A DNA stretch of 64,000 nucleotides from Octopus vulgaris (GCA_951406725.2 OX597816.1:149854001-149918000), one strand, 5' to 3'; numbered from the stretch's first letter, positions 27,331 through 41,329 are shown. Notes: generated by a model from the sequence alone, not told the origin. Numbers and translations: made by a program.

Positions 27331-29829
27331 GGAGTCGTCTCTACCAGCTCAAATGGATAATTGGAAGCAAATAATTGGTAACAACATAGGAATGGTAGAA
27401 ATCAAGTTCAAATAGTGATATGCTAACCACACTGCTTCCATCACTGACATGAGAAAATAACAGTTTTGTCTAATTAAATATGATGGCAAAAGGAGAACAT
27501 CAACTATCAAATAAAATAGAAAAACTGAGATAATGTTAGCTATGTGGGGCAGAAAAGATAACCAAACTGAATAGTATCAATGCTTCATCTAAATATTTAA
27601 AAGCACATGATTTGAGTTTTTAGGCAGATGTCACCATTTTGATAAGTAATTATTAAAATTTTAGAAACCCATTACACCACCAGATTAGTTATACTTGGAG
27701 AGGAATAATAAATGTGTTAATTCACCTGTAATCTACATTCTAGAAACTTTTAAATGTAGCCATGCCTTCCAAGAAATCTTCTAGTAATATAAACTATTAC
27801 AACTATTATAGAACTTCCTGTATCACTCCAATATAAATGTTTCATACATTTTTTTGAGATCACCTATCTAGTTCCATGCTAAACAACTATTAAATTACTG
27901 GTAACATTTATAAATGTCAATTATAAGTATTAATATTCCATGTATTTTGCAATTCTACTAGTGTAAGGGAAATAATTTAATAGACTAGCTATTAATTATA
28001 TTCCTTATATTGTATTTTACATGAAAGGAAGAAGCTGCACATGAAAATTTCGAGCTATATTGCCATGTGAGTATACAGAATTACATTAAGATCCCTTTGG
28101 AATTTTAATACTTCTGGGAGTTGTCATGTAACTAATTAGTGAGACTATACTTGAAGACTATTAATCAATACATATATACATATATTGTAAGCTAAAAACT
28201 TTACCGTTACTCTGAGTTTAGTACTTGTGACATTTGGACAAAGATTAAATGTGAAACTCGGAGTACTGTTTAGTGTAGTTTTCAGATTCCATTGAATAAA
28301 CATGAAACAAGACTTGTCTAAATCACTGATAATAACTGAAACAAATTCTCAAAAGACTGGAAAACAGTAAGTTTTCTCAATATGTACACATATCATTTTA
28401 ATGTCCCCTTTTTCATGCTTGCAACAGTCAATATTTTCCCTAGTCCCTAGTACATGAACAACATACACACATATTTAGGTGTCTAGAAATATTGAAGACC
28501 ATAATAGTAAGGGATCAGATGTAGAATTGCAGAATTTTTTCTATTTTCTGCTGACAATTATTTGCTTGTACACATTAATTTATGAACACTTTCTACAATA
28601 TGTCACTGAATTGACTTCCAAAAACACAAACATAAGACTACATTTTCTATATATTTTCTACAACACAAATAACCTACTTTTTATTAATCTTTTATAGAAT
28701 TAGTGCTGTAATTTTAACTACAACCCCAAAACATATGCTCTTTCATTACTATTAAATTATTGTACCAATAAGATTGGAAGGAATATATTTTTTTAGCATA
28801 TGAGAAGTATAGGAAAAATCATATACAATTCATTATGGCTCTTTCTCTGAACATTCTTATAATTTCTTACAACTCTATGGGTGTATAAGTGTAGTAGAAA
28901 AGTAAATGTAATAGATGAATAAATGGAGGAGACAGGCATCAAAATAATAATAAACATTTACTGAATGTAACTGATACAAACGTTTTATGAAAGTGAAGAT
29001 ATTATCTGTCTTTGTATGTACATGGTGTATTATTAGTAATTTGCTCCTCACAATTTTCCTAATATTGCAGTTTAAATATATAACTTCAATATATTTTCTA
29101 TTTAAATATCTGCAAACACAGACGCATATGTCTGTGTGTATGTGTTCATCTATATGTATCTATGTATGCATGTTATATATATATATATATATAAACACAC
29201 ATATACACATTATCATCATCATTTTAACATCCACATTTACATGCTTGTATGGGTTGGACAGAATCCTTTTGTCAAGCCTCATTTCTTTTCCAGGCAAGGG
29301 AATATTTTCCAGAACATGGAAGACTGGAATTAAATGACATTACTTGTAGGATGGTAACACTTATTTACAGCTATTGTGTGTTATCAAGACAAAGAGACTC
29401 TCATCCCCCACCTATATAAATACATACACACATAACAGGCTTCTTTTAGTGTCCAGCTACTACACCCACACAAAAGGTTTTGATCAGCCTGGGGCTATAG
29501 AAAAAGATACTTGCCTAAGGTACCATGCAGTGGATCTGAACTTGAAAAAACACACATACACACACATACTGAAGATAGTTGCATTTATTGATTCCAAAAA
29601 ATACTTATTAACATAACTATGGAGAACAATCCTACAACTACATAGTCACCTACAAAAGATCATGCAAGTTGCCTGAATTCTGAATTTATATTGTTCAGTT
29701 TGTGGTTACTTTCAGAATGGCAAGGACTCAATCTGGATTACAAAAGTGTGCATTTTGTGTATTTGTGTGTATAGCCACACACATGTACACACTTATGTAT
29801 TATTTATATATATCGGGGGGAAAGAGATG

Positions 29830-29873
<44 letters not shown>

Positions 29874-30059
29874 TAGGTCATGCAAAATATCAGTGACTAT
29901 TCATGTAAGATAAAAGGAAAGTATCTCTAAAACAAAAGTAGCAGATGAAGATGTGGCAGTAAAATAAGCTAAATATTGAACCAGATAGAAGAAAAACTAA
30001 AAGAAACAAAACAAACAAGCAAGCCTTCAAGCACAAACGTTGCACTTTTGAAAACCCAC

Positions 30060-30104
30060 CTCTTGGTCTTTTCCATCTTTTCTTAAAGAACATAAATCTA
30101 TGAC
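30060..30104 (-). CDS. Cav1: Candidate 45-nt cassette micro-exon: (G)HRFMFFKKRWKRPR
   Basis: CACTAAAC branch-like motif, ATATAG acceptor, GAG|GTGGGT donor; phase 1 to 1, matching the host intron; no stop codon. Confidence 0.5.
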
Positions 30105-31187
30105 CTATATGTGCACAAAAAGATTCTCTCGTTTAGTGAAGCACACAAGGAGGTGACAAATAAATACATTTCACAAAGGGTTCAAACAAGACAATGAAAA
30201 TTAAAAGAAAAAATGGAGTCCAGATTAAAAAAAAGGGGGTATATTCTCCCTAACCCCAATATCACCTTCCCAAAATTAAACATAGATAGGATGTTTCTAA
30301 AGTTGGTTATTTATGTTTCATAGAGAGAGAGAGAGTTAGTTCCTCTGCATTTTATATACTCTTTATAATCCTTCTAGACTAGAGAGAACATAGATAAGAA
30401 GATAACATTAATGTAGTTTATACTTGTTATAAATTGTTTCAGAACTGTGATTAGAGAAGAGAAGGAAGTATGGACAGGTAGAGGGTTTCAGAGGATTGCA
30501 AGCATGTTCAAAGAATAAAATTTAGTATGGTGATTGGGAGATGAGAAGCAATGCAAATAAAAAGGACAGGAATAATCAGATTCACTCCCCACTGAGTTCA
30601 TTATTTATTTCACACTAATTAAAATTTTGGGTTTCTTCTTTCACCTTGAAGTTATTGACTTGGCACAGTAATTTTAATTAATTAAAATTTCTTTATTTCT
30701 ATATGAAATATGATGGTCCTTACTTCACTATTAAGTAGAGAGGTGACAAGGTCACAACTTTTTGATTGGTGTGTAGATTATTTAGTGGATCAAAGTTTAT
30801 ATATGAGCAGGATGGTTTTGCTTTTGAATACAACCCAGAATATCTATATATGAATATATATATGTTCAGAAGTTGCCCTGATCCATATGTAAAATAATAT
30901 TCTAGTGTATGGCTTTTTTATTAATAGCTAGTGAATACCGAAGTACATTTAGATCTTTAAGAGAAAACCTAGCCTTTTGTGATTCATGAAGACTTGGTCA
31001 TGTACCAGTGCAAGGTCATCAATGGATGAAAGCTTTTGAATTCTCTAAAAAAACAAAACTGTATTTTGGAAAAATGCAAAATACAAATGTTTTTTTTTCT
31101 TTGAAAATATAAACAAACATAAATTTAAGCAGTAATGGTGAGAATAAAGTATAGATAAATAGATAGAGAGAGAGAGAGGTGCAGAGA

Positions 31188-31224
<37 letters not shown>

Positions 31225-31495
31225 TATGGGTATAATTTGTGTCCAGGTTTGGGGCTAGCAAAAATTTGATTCAGATTTTCATTGTTGGAAGTATATTTCT
31301 GGCGGGAGGATATATATAGGTATTAGTCAGAGATGCCTATGGATGTAGGTTTAAATGTTAGGGAAAGTTCTTTAACAAATGTTCCAAAGTCATGAGCATT
31401 AGAAAACAGAAGGTATGCTTTGTGTGATCCAGTTTTGTTTTACTACTGGTTGCAATTTCAATTCAGTTATATTGCTAATTCTCTAACAAGATGTG

Positions 31496-31628
31496 AGCAT
31501 CAATGGAGTTAAATCACCTACTGTTGGATATGTTGATTAAGAAATCAAATATATAAAAGCAGTGCTTTTATATATTTGATTTCTTAATCAACATATCCAA
31601 CAGTAGGTGATTCAACTTCATTGATGCT
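31496..31628. repeat. 133-bp near-perfect palindrome
   Basis: 66-bp arms centred on 31562 with two mismatches. Confidence 0.92.
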
Positions 31629-33087
31629 AGTTACTTAAAAATATTATTTCATCAATGCAAATAAATATTTTAAAGTTTTATATGAATTAATTTCTCTTAC
31701 TTGATTTATACTATCAAAAATAATTTAGGAGGGACTCTTAATGCCATAATTAATAATTGGATAAAATGAGAAAACATTTTAGAAAATGTAGTCATTTATA
31801 TCTGAGGTCCATTTTTTCCTTTAATGAACAAATAATTAAGACAGTTTTAATGAAGCAACAAAATCAGAGATCAGTTTGACGAAACAGAGCTGAAACATGT
31901 AGTAGTTGTTATATTGACAATTACATAAGCTTGGTAAGAATAGTTGAAATGTCAGACTAAAAAGATCAGTTAATATTACTGGGTTGTTGTGGTATAGAAG
32001 AGAGATGGAGTGATACAAAGACAAAACCAAATGTCTTAATGCATTAGAGTTGTACATTCAAACATACTGTTCACAACAGAGGTGCACAATGTACAAGAGG
32101 GTAAAATACTTTAACTCAGACACTCATTGACCAGGTAAAGGAATACTTTTCATAGGCATAGTTATATATTATATGTATTAATATAAGCACATGTGCTTCA
32201 ATTTAAATTACAAGCATAAATGCAGATCCTCGTGAGAAGACAGAATTTCAGAAAATTCGTAAATCAGTTTTATGAATGTTAAGTGGGTCGTTATTTGGAA
32301 GGGAATTTTATTTAAAATTTTATTAAAAAAAAGGTAATATAAAAACTATTCTAATAAATCATAATCAAGATAACTTTGTGTTTATGCTGTGCTTTAGAGA
32401 CTGGGATAATATTATAAAAAAGGCTACAGCACTAATGTAAATAAATAGCTATCAAATCCAGTTTAACTTCATCTTCAAATGATTTGTAGAGAGTGAAGTA
32501 CTTTAAGCAGATATATGGCATGTATACATGTATATTTTTTTATGAGTAATATAATATAAAGGATAGAAGATAGGGTTTTATTAAACCATGTACTCTTGTT
32601 ACAATTATGAATAACTGAAAGGTGTGTTTACTTTTGGAGATTTTATAAAGGCCATACTTATTTTAATTCAGTCTCCTTTAGTTTGTATATAAGTAAAAAA
32701 AAATCTACTGAGAAGACAGATATTAGATTGAAAATTATTCAGAAAAAATATTTATTAAGAATAAGTAAGAAGAAAAATAAGTTAAAAACCAAAAGCAGAG
32801 AAATTGAAAAGCAGCATTTTTCAAGCAAGATAACTTGAAAATTTGTTATTAATAAATGTTTAACGAAAGAGTTCTAGTTCTTTCAATCCAATTATATTAT
32901 GAAATAAAACAAAGTTTTAGAAGCTCAAGTGGTTAACAAAATCTTCATTACCAAAATAATATTGCATGTAGTAGTAGAATATTTATTATTAGAAAAGTTG
33001 AATTATAAAATAATAAAAAATAAATTTTAGTGAAAGATCCGCACTTTGGATAATATACAGAACATTAGGAAAAAAAAGTGAATATAC

Positions 33088-33193
33088 CTGGACTGAGGTA
33101 GGGGTATTTTTGATTAGCTGCAGGTATGGATTGATCTCGTGGATCAGTTGACATATATTTAGTTCCAGGAGGGACTCCAGCTACAGCCATAGC
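33088..33193 (-). CDS. Cav1: Cav1 exon: AMAVAGVPPGTKYMSTDPRDQSIPAANQKYPYLSP
   Basis: Manual translation; long pyrimidine tract plus CCCAG acceptor, G|GTATAT donor; 106 nt, phase 0 to 1; joined QRQAMAVAG resembles the Cav1 QxMAVAGL motif. Confidence 0.9.
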
Positions 33194-34309
33194 CTGGGTA
33201 AGAAAAAAGAAAGAAGAAAGAAAAAAGACAAAATAATTAGATCATTAGTCTGGTCTGACTGAGTAGTCCAAGGTATGGTAATATATTTTTCAGATGTAAC
33301 AGGTGTTCTATATGTGTACAAAAGTTATGAGTTAATAAGTTAGTGAATCTATTAACTTGAAATCCATAACCTATTATTAGAAACTACTCATCATAATTTA
33401 CTTTATCACCATCATCATCATTTAATTTCCACTTTTCCATGCTTGCATAGGTCAGATGGATTTTGTGGATGCAAATTTTCTACAGCCAAATGTTATTTCT
33501 CTCACCAACCTTCACCTGTTGCTAAGCAAGATATTTCCCATGGTCAGACATATTTTTCACAGAAGTCTGGAAACAAATATCATTTGTATGATGGTCATTT
33601 ACAACCATCATGTGATGTCAAGACAAGGAGACACACACGCAACTTTACCAGTTTTTGCCTACTAAATCCACTCACAGGGCTTTGGTTGGCCCAGAGTCAT
33701 AGTACAAGACACTTGCCCAAGATACTGTGCAGTGGGATTGAAACTAAGACCACATGGTTTGGAAGCAAGCTTCTTAAATACTCAGCCAAGCTTGTACCTA
33801 TTTTACTATAATTTATTAAATACGCTTGTAACACTTCATGTTCATTGACAGTTAGGCTTGCTAGTTACAAATATCTGGTTTCTCTCGCTGCTTATCCTAT
33901 TAATTCTACAATAGTATCTACTTTCTTCAATCAATTAATTGCTTAGCTGCTCCACTAATGCCACTTGATATGTATACTTTCTCTTCTTATCAAGCCCACC
34001 ATGTTACACGCAGTAGACCTTGCACAAATCCCTTTTACATGCATCTTTCTTCCCTGAGTGTTAATTCCCTCATTCCTACACTGACTGCAATTGTATTGAT
34101 TTCATCAGTCTTGAAAGGCTTAGAACTATACCTTCCTTTTGACAAAACTAAAACAAAAGAAATTAGAAACTCAGTCTTCAATCACACACAGAAGGGCTGT
34201 GATGCTGAGACCTGTGTAGTTCATGATATTGTTGACCAGGATTTTCTTTGTTTGCCTTTTCTCTACATTCATTGTGTGCCCTAGAAAATTTGTTTTTGAC
34301 AAGGAGTTG

Positions 34310-34371
34310 AGGCAAGACAAGTATTTGTACCACTGCTGCAAAGCAAAACAAGTATTTGTACCACTGCTGCA
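34310..34371. repeat. 31-bp tandem duplication
   Basis: ACAAGTATTTGTACCACTGCTGCA occurs twice in tandem. Confidence 0.8.
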
Positions 34372-34584
34372 TCCAACCTACTTGGTGGTTTACTGCGTGT
34401 CAAAGCTATTTGTCTAGAGCAGTGTACAAGATGCATAACACCTTCTGAAGAACTTTAGTTTAAATACCTGAACAGAAAAATAAAAATCACCAAGTACTTG
34501 TCCAGTTTGAGCTCCATAGGAAAACTGATGGAATTACTTTATCATATAATGTTTAGCTTTGTCACGACAGATGAGGCCAGACTA

Positions 34585-35526
34585 AAATGTTATTTTCTTG
34601 GATGAGTCATCCTTTACCTTATTTCTGACCACCAGCCAAGTATATGTGTGGAGACAGCCAAGAAGCATTTGACCCAAACTGCCTTCTTCCATCTGTTAAA
34701 CATGGAGGGTCTGTGATGGTCAGGGGGTGGGTGGGCTATATCTTGGAAATCTGCCGGCCCAATGGTTTCCTGTTATGGCAGAATTAATACTCAAGACTAT
34801 TTAAGCATTTTATCTGATCAGATTCATCCTATAGTTGCAGAACAGTTTCCGGAGGGAAATGCAATCTTTTAGGATAATAATGCACCAATTCACACATCTA
34901 AATTTGTTATCGAATGGTACAAGGATATTCTAGTGAAGTTGAACATCTTATCTGGCCACTACAGTCCTCAGATCTCAATATTACTGAACATTTATGGTGC
35001 ATTTTAGAAAAGTTAGTTTAGTTAGTTAGTTAGTTAATTTGGCTCAAAAGCAAATAGCAAGGCCATGTAGGGGGACATGGAGTTAAGTACAGGGTGGTGT
35101 TCATGTAAAGAGTTCAGGCCACTTGAGGTCCAGGGAGGCTTTGAACAAAGCGGTCGTCGGCATCTTCACCATCTCGTCTGGCAGCTTGTTCCACGGATCC
35201 GCAACCCGGACGGAGAAAGCTCCTCTCCTTCGATTGAGATGAAATCGTCGCAGGTAGAGCTTTTCGGAATGACCCCGCAGCCGACGCTCCGGAGCAGGAG
35301 TGAAGAACAGTAAGGAGTCGATATCCTCCACCATCGTCACTACAAGAACTGGAGACTGTTTTAGCTGAAGAATAGACAAAAATTCCTTTGGAAACAATTC
35401 AAACTTTGTATGAGTCCATACCTCATAGAATTCAAGCTGTAATTACTGCTAATGGCGGTCCTGCACTATATTAAAATAAATTTGTTTGAAATTTTAAGGT
35501 GTTTCCATTATTTTGTCCAATCCTTG
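34585..35526 (+). mobile_element. 5'-truncated Tc1 (DD34E-type) transposon relic
   Basis: NVIFLDESSF, VKHGGSVMV, DNNAPIH, DLNITEHLW, RIQAVITANGG; TIR-like end GGTGTTTCCATTATTTTGTCCAATCCTTG followed by TA; interrupted by a LINE. Confidence 0.88.
35011..35310 (-). mobile_element. Young 5'-truncated CR1/L2-clade LINE 3' end nested in the Tc1 element
   Basis: LRGHSEKL...FSVRVADPWNKLP...FKASLD C-terminal motif; short 3' UTR ending in a (TAAC)n tail; CpG-rich. Confidence 0.85.
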
Positions 35527-36060
35527 TATATATATATATATATACTGGCTAAAAATCTTTGTAACTCTTTTTCTCCAATTAAAAATCTCTGTACATTGAT
35601 CACTGCAGGTTTGAAAGGACTATGCTCTACTGACATGGTCTAATAAAACAAAAACATGTTGATAGTTGTCACCTTCTCTGCTAACAAAGATCGTATTTTC
35701 CCCTTAAGCATAAAAATTCAACTTTTAGGGAAATTAAATTTCTTGAAATTATTTTCCCTTCTTTTTAAGTCTCTAACAATTACCAAAGAGACAAATTTCG
35801 ATACATTAATTTTCTTGATTTGATTGTATATACCATTTAATACATCTTCACCTAAATGAATTAACTTGTCATACACTGTTTCAAAATATATATATTTCTC
35901 ATAAACATGGCAGTCCTATGAAAACAATTTGATAGCCATAATTATTTTGGTTTAGCATTTATCAAAGGAATTGAATTTACAAATAAATCTGAAATACAAA
36001 CCACACACACTATTTGCTAATTTTGATAAAGAAAATAGATTGTGGTAAAATTTTTCTTAC

Positions 36061-36241
36061 CTGTCTCTGGGCTAATTTTAAGGGTTGTGCAATCTTTTTA
36101 ACTAAGGGGTTTTCATCACTGCCCTGTTTACCTATACACGATAGTTTGATAGAAGCACCTCTCTTACTGACTTTTCTGGAAGCTGGAGGGGGAGAAGGTG
36201 GTGTTTGTTCTCTTTCATAATCACTGTCTTCTTGGGGAAGA
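36061..36241 (-). CDS. Cav1: Cav1 exon: (D)LPQEDSDYEREQTPPSPPPASRKVSKRGASIKLSCIGKQGSDENPLVKKIAQPLKLAQRQ
   Basis: Inside ORF 36010..36330; TTTTTTTAG acceptor, CAG|GTAAGA donor; 181 nt, phase 2 to 0; KRGASIKLSCI resembles Cav1.2 RRASFHLECL. Confidence 0.9.
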
Positions 36242-37216
36242 CTAAAAAAATAGAAAAGCAATGAGAATATATGATAGTAAATGTTATAATATATAACAGT
36301 GATTTCTACAGTAAAGTTATAAATTCTCATATCTGAATGATAGCTGAATAATTTAAAAAGAAAGAAAAACAGATGATAAATGAAAACAATACATTAATTT
36401 TTCCAAACAACAATTTTTTAATAATAATTCATGGAGTGCACACAGAACAGCAAGTATCCAAACTATATCATATTTATTCATTCTTAATACATTCTGGCAG
36501 ATTTGAATGTGAATGTCTAATTGCTGTTTTATGTCATTGGTGCCTTAAGGCTTTAGAAAATTACAAAGAGTTGAAAGCAGTTCCCAGATTATGAATTTAA
36601 GTGACATCTGATTTGAGTTGAGATAATGTCTACCTCTTATCAGCAAAAGAAAGTCAGGCAATTCATATCCTGCTTTTGGTAATGTATTGTATCCATAGCT
36701 AGGTCACTTATCTGATACTAAGACTAGACTAACTAGCTGCAAATAGGTGTCATAAGGTCATATAATTCAAAACTTGATGTCACATGTAGCTCCAATTCAT
36801 TATAAGAAATGATTGTTTTGTTAACAGACCTGATCAAATCCTAACATGTATATAATTTGGTAAGGGATAGGTTCTCCAACTAAGGTGTCTTGCTCAAGAT
36901 ACAATATTTTAAAATAAATTCCTTAATTAGAGCTCTTATAATTCAATACATTATAGGACTTATTTTATCTCTCACTAAATATAAAGTGGGGGATTGTATA
37001 ATAAAGATTTTTTAAGTCGACAGAAGTGGAGCAATTTCCAGAGAAAAGTATAATTGAATTTACCCAATACATGTTTGGTGTTTCTTTTATTGATCCTACA
37101 TAGATAAAAGATAAAAGTCTCTCTTACCAAGATTTGATCTTAGATGCCCTGTTATTTCTAATTGTTCATTACCTTTATGGACTGTTTTATCTGTATTGAT
37201 CAGCACTAAGTGATGA

Positions 37217-37393
37217 AACCATAACATAATTGCCAACCAAGTGTGGCATCCTATACATGACAGTGCTACTGACGTTTATAGTTCCAGAATGTTTATTGTT
37301 AGCCAGCTGGAGATGTCTTCCCGGGGCTATAAACATCAGTAGCGCTGTCTTGTATAGGATGCCACACTTAGTTGGCAATAATATGTTATGGTT
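37217..37393. repeat. Inverted repeat, about 70-bp arms (MITE-like hairpin)
   Basis: Both strands give ORFs starting MPTKCGILY; arms directly alignable. Confidence 0.88.
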
Positions 37394-37519
37394 CTGTACT
37401 GCTACTGTTTATATCTCACTACTTTTGCACAATTTTTTGTCTAGATTAAGAAGTGTAGTAGGGTTAGAATTTGTAAAATGGGTTTATATTACATTTTGGA
37501 ATGTTATTGATGTGACAAA

Positions 37520-39840
37520 GTAGTTGATTATTTAGCAACAGGAACTGTTGGGATTGGAGTTTGCTGCTACAACAAACTGTGTTTCACTTCCACATCCAGG
37601 ATGTCTTACCTTTTGGAGTATTTTGATTTCTCTGTGTATATGACATGTATGCAAGTCATTGACACAAATGTGTGCTACTTTATTTTCTTTGTTGTTTGTT
37701 GCAATTTGCTGTAGAGAAATTGGGGCCCAAGCAGGACTGGTATAATCTGTGATGGATCTAACATATTGTCTGTAACACATTTTATTGTTTATATAGATAA
37801 AATATGGTACTGTGAGTACTAGTTTACTTTCTTTACTATGCCTTCTAAATGAGCTGTGATAGTTGTAGACATGTGTATAATTCCAAGGATTTTTGTCTGT
37901 GTGTGTTATATTTGATATTCTTTGCTGTTTCTGCTAAGAAGGAAGTTGAATTTGGTAGATACTACTTTTAATCTGTTTGGAACCAAGTTTCTAAGTGATT
38001 GATGCAGAATTGGGGAAGCTGTGCAGCTGTGTTTGAGAAACCATAAGAGGATATGACTCATATCATTGGTGTGGTTGTAAGGAAGTTTGACTAGGAACAG
38101 GTTGAAAAAAAAGTGGATGACAAGGTGGATTTATTTTGGAACTCAGGATATTGCAAATTCTAAATGAGTTGGTGCTGACCTGATAATTTGCTAGACTGTA
38201 TGTTTGCATTACTTCTCAAGGTGTTGGATAGTTGGGAATAGAGTGAGATGTTTTGCTGATATTGATAGCAGTAAAAATGGTGTGTACTGAGAGTATTTTG
38301 TTGTTGAAACTGTCAGGTATTCCTTGATCATAATAAATGATAACCCAAGCAAAAAACCAACCAGTATGGAGAAAGCTTATCAAGTCATGCCAAAGCCATA
38401 ACCAGTCGTAGTCATGACAACTAACAGCAGATATGGTTATTTGGCAGGGCAGAATTATGATCAAAAGCATTTCAGCCATAACCATTCCTTATTTTTGTAC
38501 ATCTAGGACAAAACTGGCCCATATATCCCTTCTTTTTTGAGATAGTAGTTGTCATGGTCAAAGCCAGTGCCATCTGACTGGTAACCATGCCAGTGGCACA
38601 TAAAAAACACCGTTTGAGCATTGGGCCTCATGGAGGCAGTGACAAATGGCCGAGACCTTTACCAATATACCGTGCTTATGAGGACCTGCCAAGCCAAGTG
38701 AGATCATAGTCGAGGCTGATGCTGGTGCCATGTCAATGGCATCAGTGCCAGTGGCACGTAATAGGCACCCACTACACTCTTGAAGTTGTTGGCATTAGGA
38801 TGGGCATCTAACCATAGAAACCATGCCAAATCAGACTGGAACCTGATGCAGCTCCCTGGTTTGCCAGTTTTCAGTAAAACTGTCCACACCATGCCATCAT
38901 AGAAAGCGGATGTTTGATGATGATGATAATTTGGAGGAATTTGTTTGCTTTCTTTAGCGGGTTGAACAATTGTGTATGAATTCCCTAGTTGGTTTGTATT
39001 GTGGCTGATGTAGAGGTTTTAAATTACTACACTGGAAAGTAGAATGTGATATCAATAATGTATCTTCCATGATTTTGATGATGTGCATAGGGAAGTGACG
39101 GGTGTGTGGAACGATGTTCTGGTTGAACTTTTGTTAGGTTTTATCAATAAAATTGTACTTATTCTTGATTTTAGCTCTGATGCTATTGTGTCTCCTCAGT
39201 GTTATCTGTTCTATTTTGAATCAGGATGAGTTGTGTTTCTTGTATTCTTCCATGATGGTACTTGAGAATGTGTTAAGTGGTTGTAGTTGGGGATGTGTAA
39301 CCTGACACTATGGCTGGAAAATTTGGTGGTGATATGTACACACTTATGTTTATTATGCTTTTTATCTTGACTGTTTGTTTTCCTAGCATGTTGTTTTGCT
39401 GGATTAGTGTTTGAGTTCTTTTGTGATATCTATGCGTTAGACGCAGGATTTCATGTATGTTATGGGGCATCCACTAAATCTTTGATTAGATCTGCATAAC
39501 TGGAGTGTAGTAAGTGAGATTACAGGTTGAGATTATGTCTCTTGTATCATTGCAATGTGAATGTTGTGCGTGAGAGAGATGATGGTGTTTTTATGCCATA
39601 TTGTATTGTACAATGTATTTAGCTTTGCTGTATTATAGTTATGTGATGTACATAGGCTACTTCAGTAATTTTACATTTTACATGTGTAGATTGTTTTTGA
39701 TGTGGGATTTGAAGATCTTAATAGGTAGAGAATGTCAATTTTTCCAGTTATCAATGATTTGTAGTATGATTATGCATGTTCTTGATAATTTGAGTTATAT
39801 GTTTGGATATGTTTGTATTTTGGTCTGAGTGCCTCTAGCT
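37520..39840 (-). mobile_element. Heavily decayed non-LTR retrotransposon ORF2 with a SINE inserted at about 38556-38930
   Basis: YVRSITDYTSPAWAP motif in ORF 37532..37780; strand-biased composition over about 2.3 kb; boundaries approximate. Confidence 0.55.
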
Positions 39841-40815
39841 TTTCAATTTTCTTTTGATTCACTAAAATTAGGAACCATACAAAGGGGGAGAGTCATATAA
39901 AAAATCAAACTTTAAAATTAAAAGGGAAAAAAAAATCTAAACAAACTGGGTGGTGATGGCAGAACTGCCAGTCAATTTATTAAAAGTCAGTTGGAAAAAT
40001 CCTAGACCTACCAATAGATGACAAAAATCTTGTTTAGCAGCAAAGACCTACTATCTATCATAGAACAGCCAAATGCTTCTACCATTGAATGATCAAATTC
40101 CTGGTTATTTTTCAATCTAACATTTTCGTATCTTGATTTTTGTTAGCTTTTGATATTTTTATAAATTCTACATAATGTTGAAACTGTTATAACTTAAATT
40201 TTGTAAATGTCAACAAATCTGAATGCAGTTATTGTCAAACAGTTTTTCCTTTGCTAACATATTTTCCTATTATTGACCATGAATTATGGAATAAGTGGGA
40301 CCTGTTTATTAACCAAATAAAACTAAGGAAAGTAGAGATATGTCTCTTACCCAGGTGCACAATATATTGACTCTAGTGGTAATTGCCCATGTATCAGTAA
40401 TTACAGGTATGAGAGACAGGTACACAAATTTACACACACACAAAATTGATGATGTGAACAAAATATTTTTAACTGAGTTTGTTTTAGTAATAATAATCAT
40501 TGATAGTGATCACAAGAGAAGAAACAATGAAAAAAGAGGAAGGTGGAAGCAGACAAGTAGTTTTCTGGATGTTGGTAATAGTGACTGGAGGCATGCAGCA
40601 TGCATTTATGGAGGTTAAATAAATAATTAAAAGTGCTGAACATACAAAAAGATCAGTCAATAACTGCTGAAGAAAATTCATATGGATTAAATCAAAGTTT
40701 TGCTACAAAAAATATAAAATGATGGAAAATATAAAAATGAACTAATGGAAAATACTACTTTACTACTTTCAGTAACAATGACAGCAGAGACAGTTTCAGA
40801 AAAAAAAATGTATGA

Positions 40816-40816
40816 C

Positions 40817-40864
<48 letters not shown>

Positions 40865-41025
40865 CATATAGATATATATATATATCTATCTCTCTCTCTA
40901 CATATATATACACATAAATACATATATACTTACGTATATATATATACATACATATATATATATACATATAGATATATATATATATACATACATATATATA
41001 TATACATACATATATATATATATAT

Positions 41026-41058
<33 letters not shown>

Positions 41059-41182
41059 CATACATATTTATACACACACACATACACACATATATATATG
41101 TATATAAATACATATATATAAATTTAAATATATATAATATATATATACATAAATATATATATATCTATATACACACACATGG

Positions 41183-41214
<32 letters not shown>

Positions 41215-41294
41215 AACAAACATATATATGTATGTTTTCATATCAATATTAAATGAACACACACATATTTTTGTCTACATGTGTGCATGTGTAC

Positions 41295-41329
<35 letters not shown>

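Noticed and set aside
40351-40372. 22-nt phase 2-to-0 candidate exon (EVNILCTW) with a GTAAGA donor
   Set aside because: Poor pyrimidine tract, and use would require skipping the conserved 36241 exon; no other support.
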